Below are positions 22,677-24,000 of a stretch of 24,000 nt of DNA, piece by piece; position 1 is the first letter of the stretch, and every line of letters starts with the position of its first letter. The position numbers and the translations under genes were made by a program. This DNA is from Chamaesiphon sp. VAR_48_metabat_403 (lineage in GTDB: Bacteria > Cyanobacteriota > Cyanobacteriia > Cyanobacteriales > Chamaesiphonaceae), in NCBI RefSeq assembly GCF_031422475.1, contig NZ_JANPLS010000065.1, positions 12,996 through 36,995 on the forward strand. The letters are read 5' to 3'. Under the pieces are notes generated by a model. The model saw only the letters and a program-made list of their open reading frames with translations. It had not been told where the DNA came from and ran no database searches.

Positions 22677-24000
22677 TTTGAATGTAACGATCGACTAATC
22701 GATCGCTAATTTGGTTGGCTGGTGCATCTAAAACTAATACCCCTTTGCGTTTGAGGTTGGCGAAAGCAAGTTCGCGCTGGCGAAGTAAATCGAGTGCGAC
22801 GGCTTGAGTATATGCACCCGGAATATCTGCGGCTAATTCTTGAGCGCGGAGATCGACTTGCGGATCGCGAAGGGTGACACAAAAGGGCAGATAGCGGGGG
22901 GTGAGTCGCCCCAGTGCGGTGAGCAGTTCGGCGGAGGCGATATCGTCGATAATATCGGTAATAATCACGACGAGCGCGCGGCGACTTTGTTGTTTGATGA
23001 TGGTGGTAACGGCTCCGAGATAGTCGGGTTCGAGCAATTCGGGTTGAATCCGACTGACGCGATCGAGTATTCTCGAAAAGTGGTTCTGTCCCTGTTGAGG
23101 TGGAATCCAAGTAGTTAGATATCGATCGAATACGCCCACACCCACCCGATCTCCGCGTTGAATGGCCGTTAGAGCTAAAGAAAGCGTCGCATTTAAGCCA
23201 AAATCGAATCGTTTGTAGCCCTGAATATTTGCCGTCATCAGCCGTCCGCGATCGAGTAGAATAATTACCGTCTGCTCTTGCTCTGGTTCTAGCACCCTAA
23301 TTAACGGACGATTGCGCCGAGCTGTAGCTTTCCAATCGATCGATCGCGGATCGTCGCCAATATTATATTCTCGCAATTCGCTAAATTCCGTCCCCATCCC
23401 CCGCTTTTTCTTCTGGCGCATGGCTCCTGTCGATTGCAGCGTTAGCTTAATCGAAAGTGCTTTTAAACCTACCAAATCGGGATAAACCGCCACAGTTTGC
23501 GCCGCATCTACCCGCCACTGGTGCCAAGCCAACCCCCAGCCGCTCAATTGCCTAACATATATTCCCTGCCATTCGTACTCGCCACGACGGTAAGGATGGA
23601 CTGTGTAGCCGATCGACTCGATCGTACCCGTTTTGGAAACTCCAGCAATTAATTCGGGCGTTGCTGCCAAATCTTGCGGACTGCCATCGCGAATTTGATA
23701 ATTAAACTGGCGAGTTTTACCGCCCGTTTGTGGCGATGAAACTTTTAGTGTCACCGGATTATCGCGCCCGATCGACAGTTTCCCCAATGGCTCTCGATTC
23801 ACCTCGATCCGATCGGATTTACTCCGCCAAGCATCGATACCTGCAACGAGAATTAAGCCAGCATACCAAACAAATGTCAGGGCGATCGCGATGCCCAATC
23901 GGGCGGGAACTAGAATAGCTAATAGAGTTGTCACTACTCCCCCGCTTGCTAGCAACCATAATGTCCGCGCGCTAGGAATAAAGCCGATAAGTTGATTCAT
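22654..24000 (-). CDS. DUF58 domain protein (vWA-like, usually the partner of a MoxR AAA+ ATPase)
   Basis: Two N-terminal TM helices. FSELREYNIGDDPRSIDWKATARRNRPLIRVLEPEQEQTVIILLD is the DUF58 signature. The ATG sits on the last three bases of the window, so the true start and the upstream operon are unseen. Confidence 0.85.
   Translation of the reverse strand: MNQLIGFIPSARTLWLLASGGVVTTLLAILVPARLGIAIALTFVWYAGLILVAGIDAWRSKSDRIEVNREPLGKLSIGRDNPVTLKVSSPQTGGKTRQFNYQIRDGSPQDLAATPELIAGVSKTGTIESIGYTVHPYRRGEYEWQGIYVRQLSGWGLAWHQWRVDAAQTVAVYPDLVGLKALSIKLTLQSTGAMRQKKKRGMGTEFSELREYNIGDDPRSIDWKATARRNRPLIRVLEPEQEQTVIILLDRGRLMTANIQGYKRFDFGLNATLSLALTAIQRGDRVGVGVFDRYLTTWIPPQQGQNHFSRILDRVSRIQPELLEPDYLGAVTTIIKQQSRRALVVIITDIIDDIASAELLTALGRLTPRYLPFCVTLRDPQVDLRAQELAADIPGAYTQAVALDLLRQRELAFANLKRKGVLVLDAPANQISDRLVDRYIQIKSRNQL

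Noticed and set aside
22706-23918. ORFs 22706-23110(-), 22840-23118(+) and 23730-23918(+)
   Set aside because: These are alternative frames of the DUF58 gene. Their extreme Arg content is typical of off-frame translation of GC/CGATCG-rich coding sequence.

Overview
This looks like a cyanobacterial chromosomal segment. CGATCG / HIP1-type palindromes are very dense, and the window carries a DesA-type acyl-lipid desaturase, a PEP-CTERM protein, and pentapeptide-repeat and TPR proteins. I support 22 protein-coding genes and one tRNA-Ser(GCU). Most are housekeeping or ordinary accessory genes: a 5'-truncated glycosyltransferase, a marR plus exported NTF2-like pair, a membrane GTPase, an ABC binding protein plus one permease, uppS, desA, obg, moaE, apt, clpP, an FKBP isomerase, an HMA metallochaperone and a DUF58 protein. 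I see no transposase, integrase, CRISPR array, rRNA or recognisable multi-gene defence operon, and I cannot point to a complete novel system with confidence. Four things are left unexplained by ordinary gene calls. (1) A family of GC-rich double-hairpin core elements (3 full copies and 1 collapsed copy) is embedded in 7- and 8-nt tandem arrays. These elements bracket, in inverted orientation, the two TPR-containing genes of the window, and the arrays abut or overlap stop and start codons. (2) Two small secreted paralogs sit in tandem, each with an internal Q/N/T-rich repeat reminiscent of functional-amyloid subunits. (3) A LuxR-HTH / NB-ARC / TPR STAND NTPase and a two-TM MMR_HSR1-type GTPase both have unknown function. 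(4) A soluble-type di-iron (acyl-ACP-desaturase-like) gene lies directly upstream of uppS and desA, behind a cluster of CCGAC direct repeats. All family assignments come from motif recognition by eye; no database search was run.
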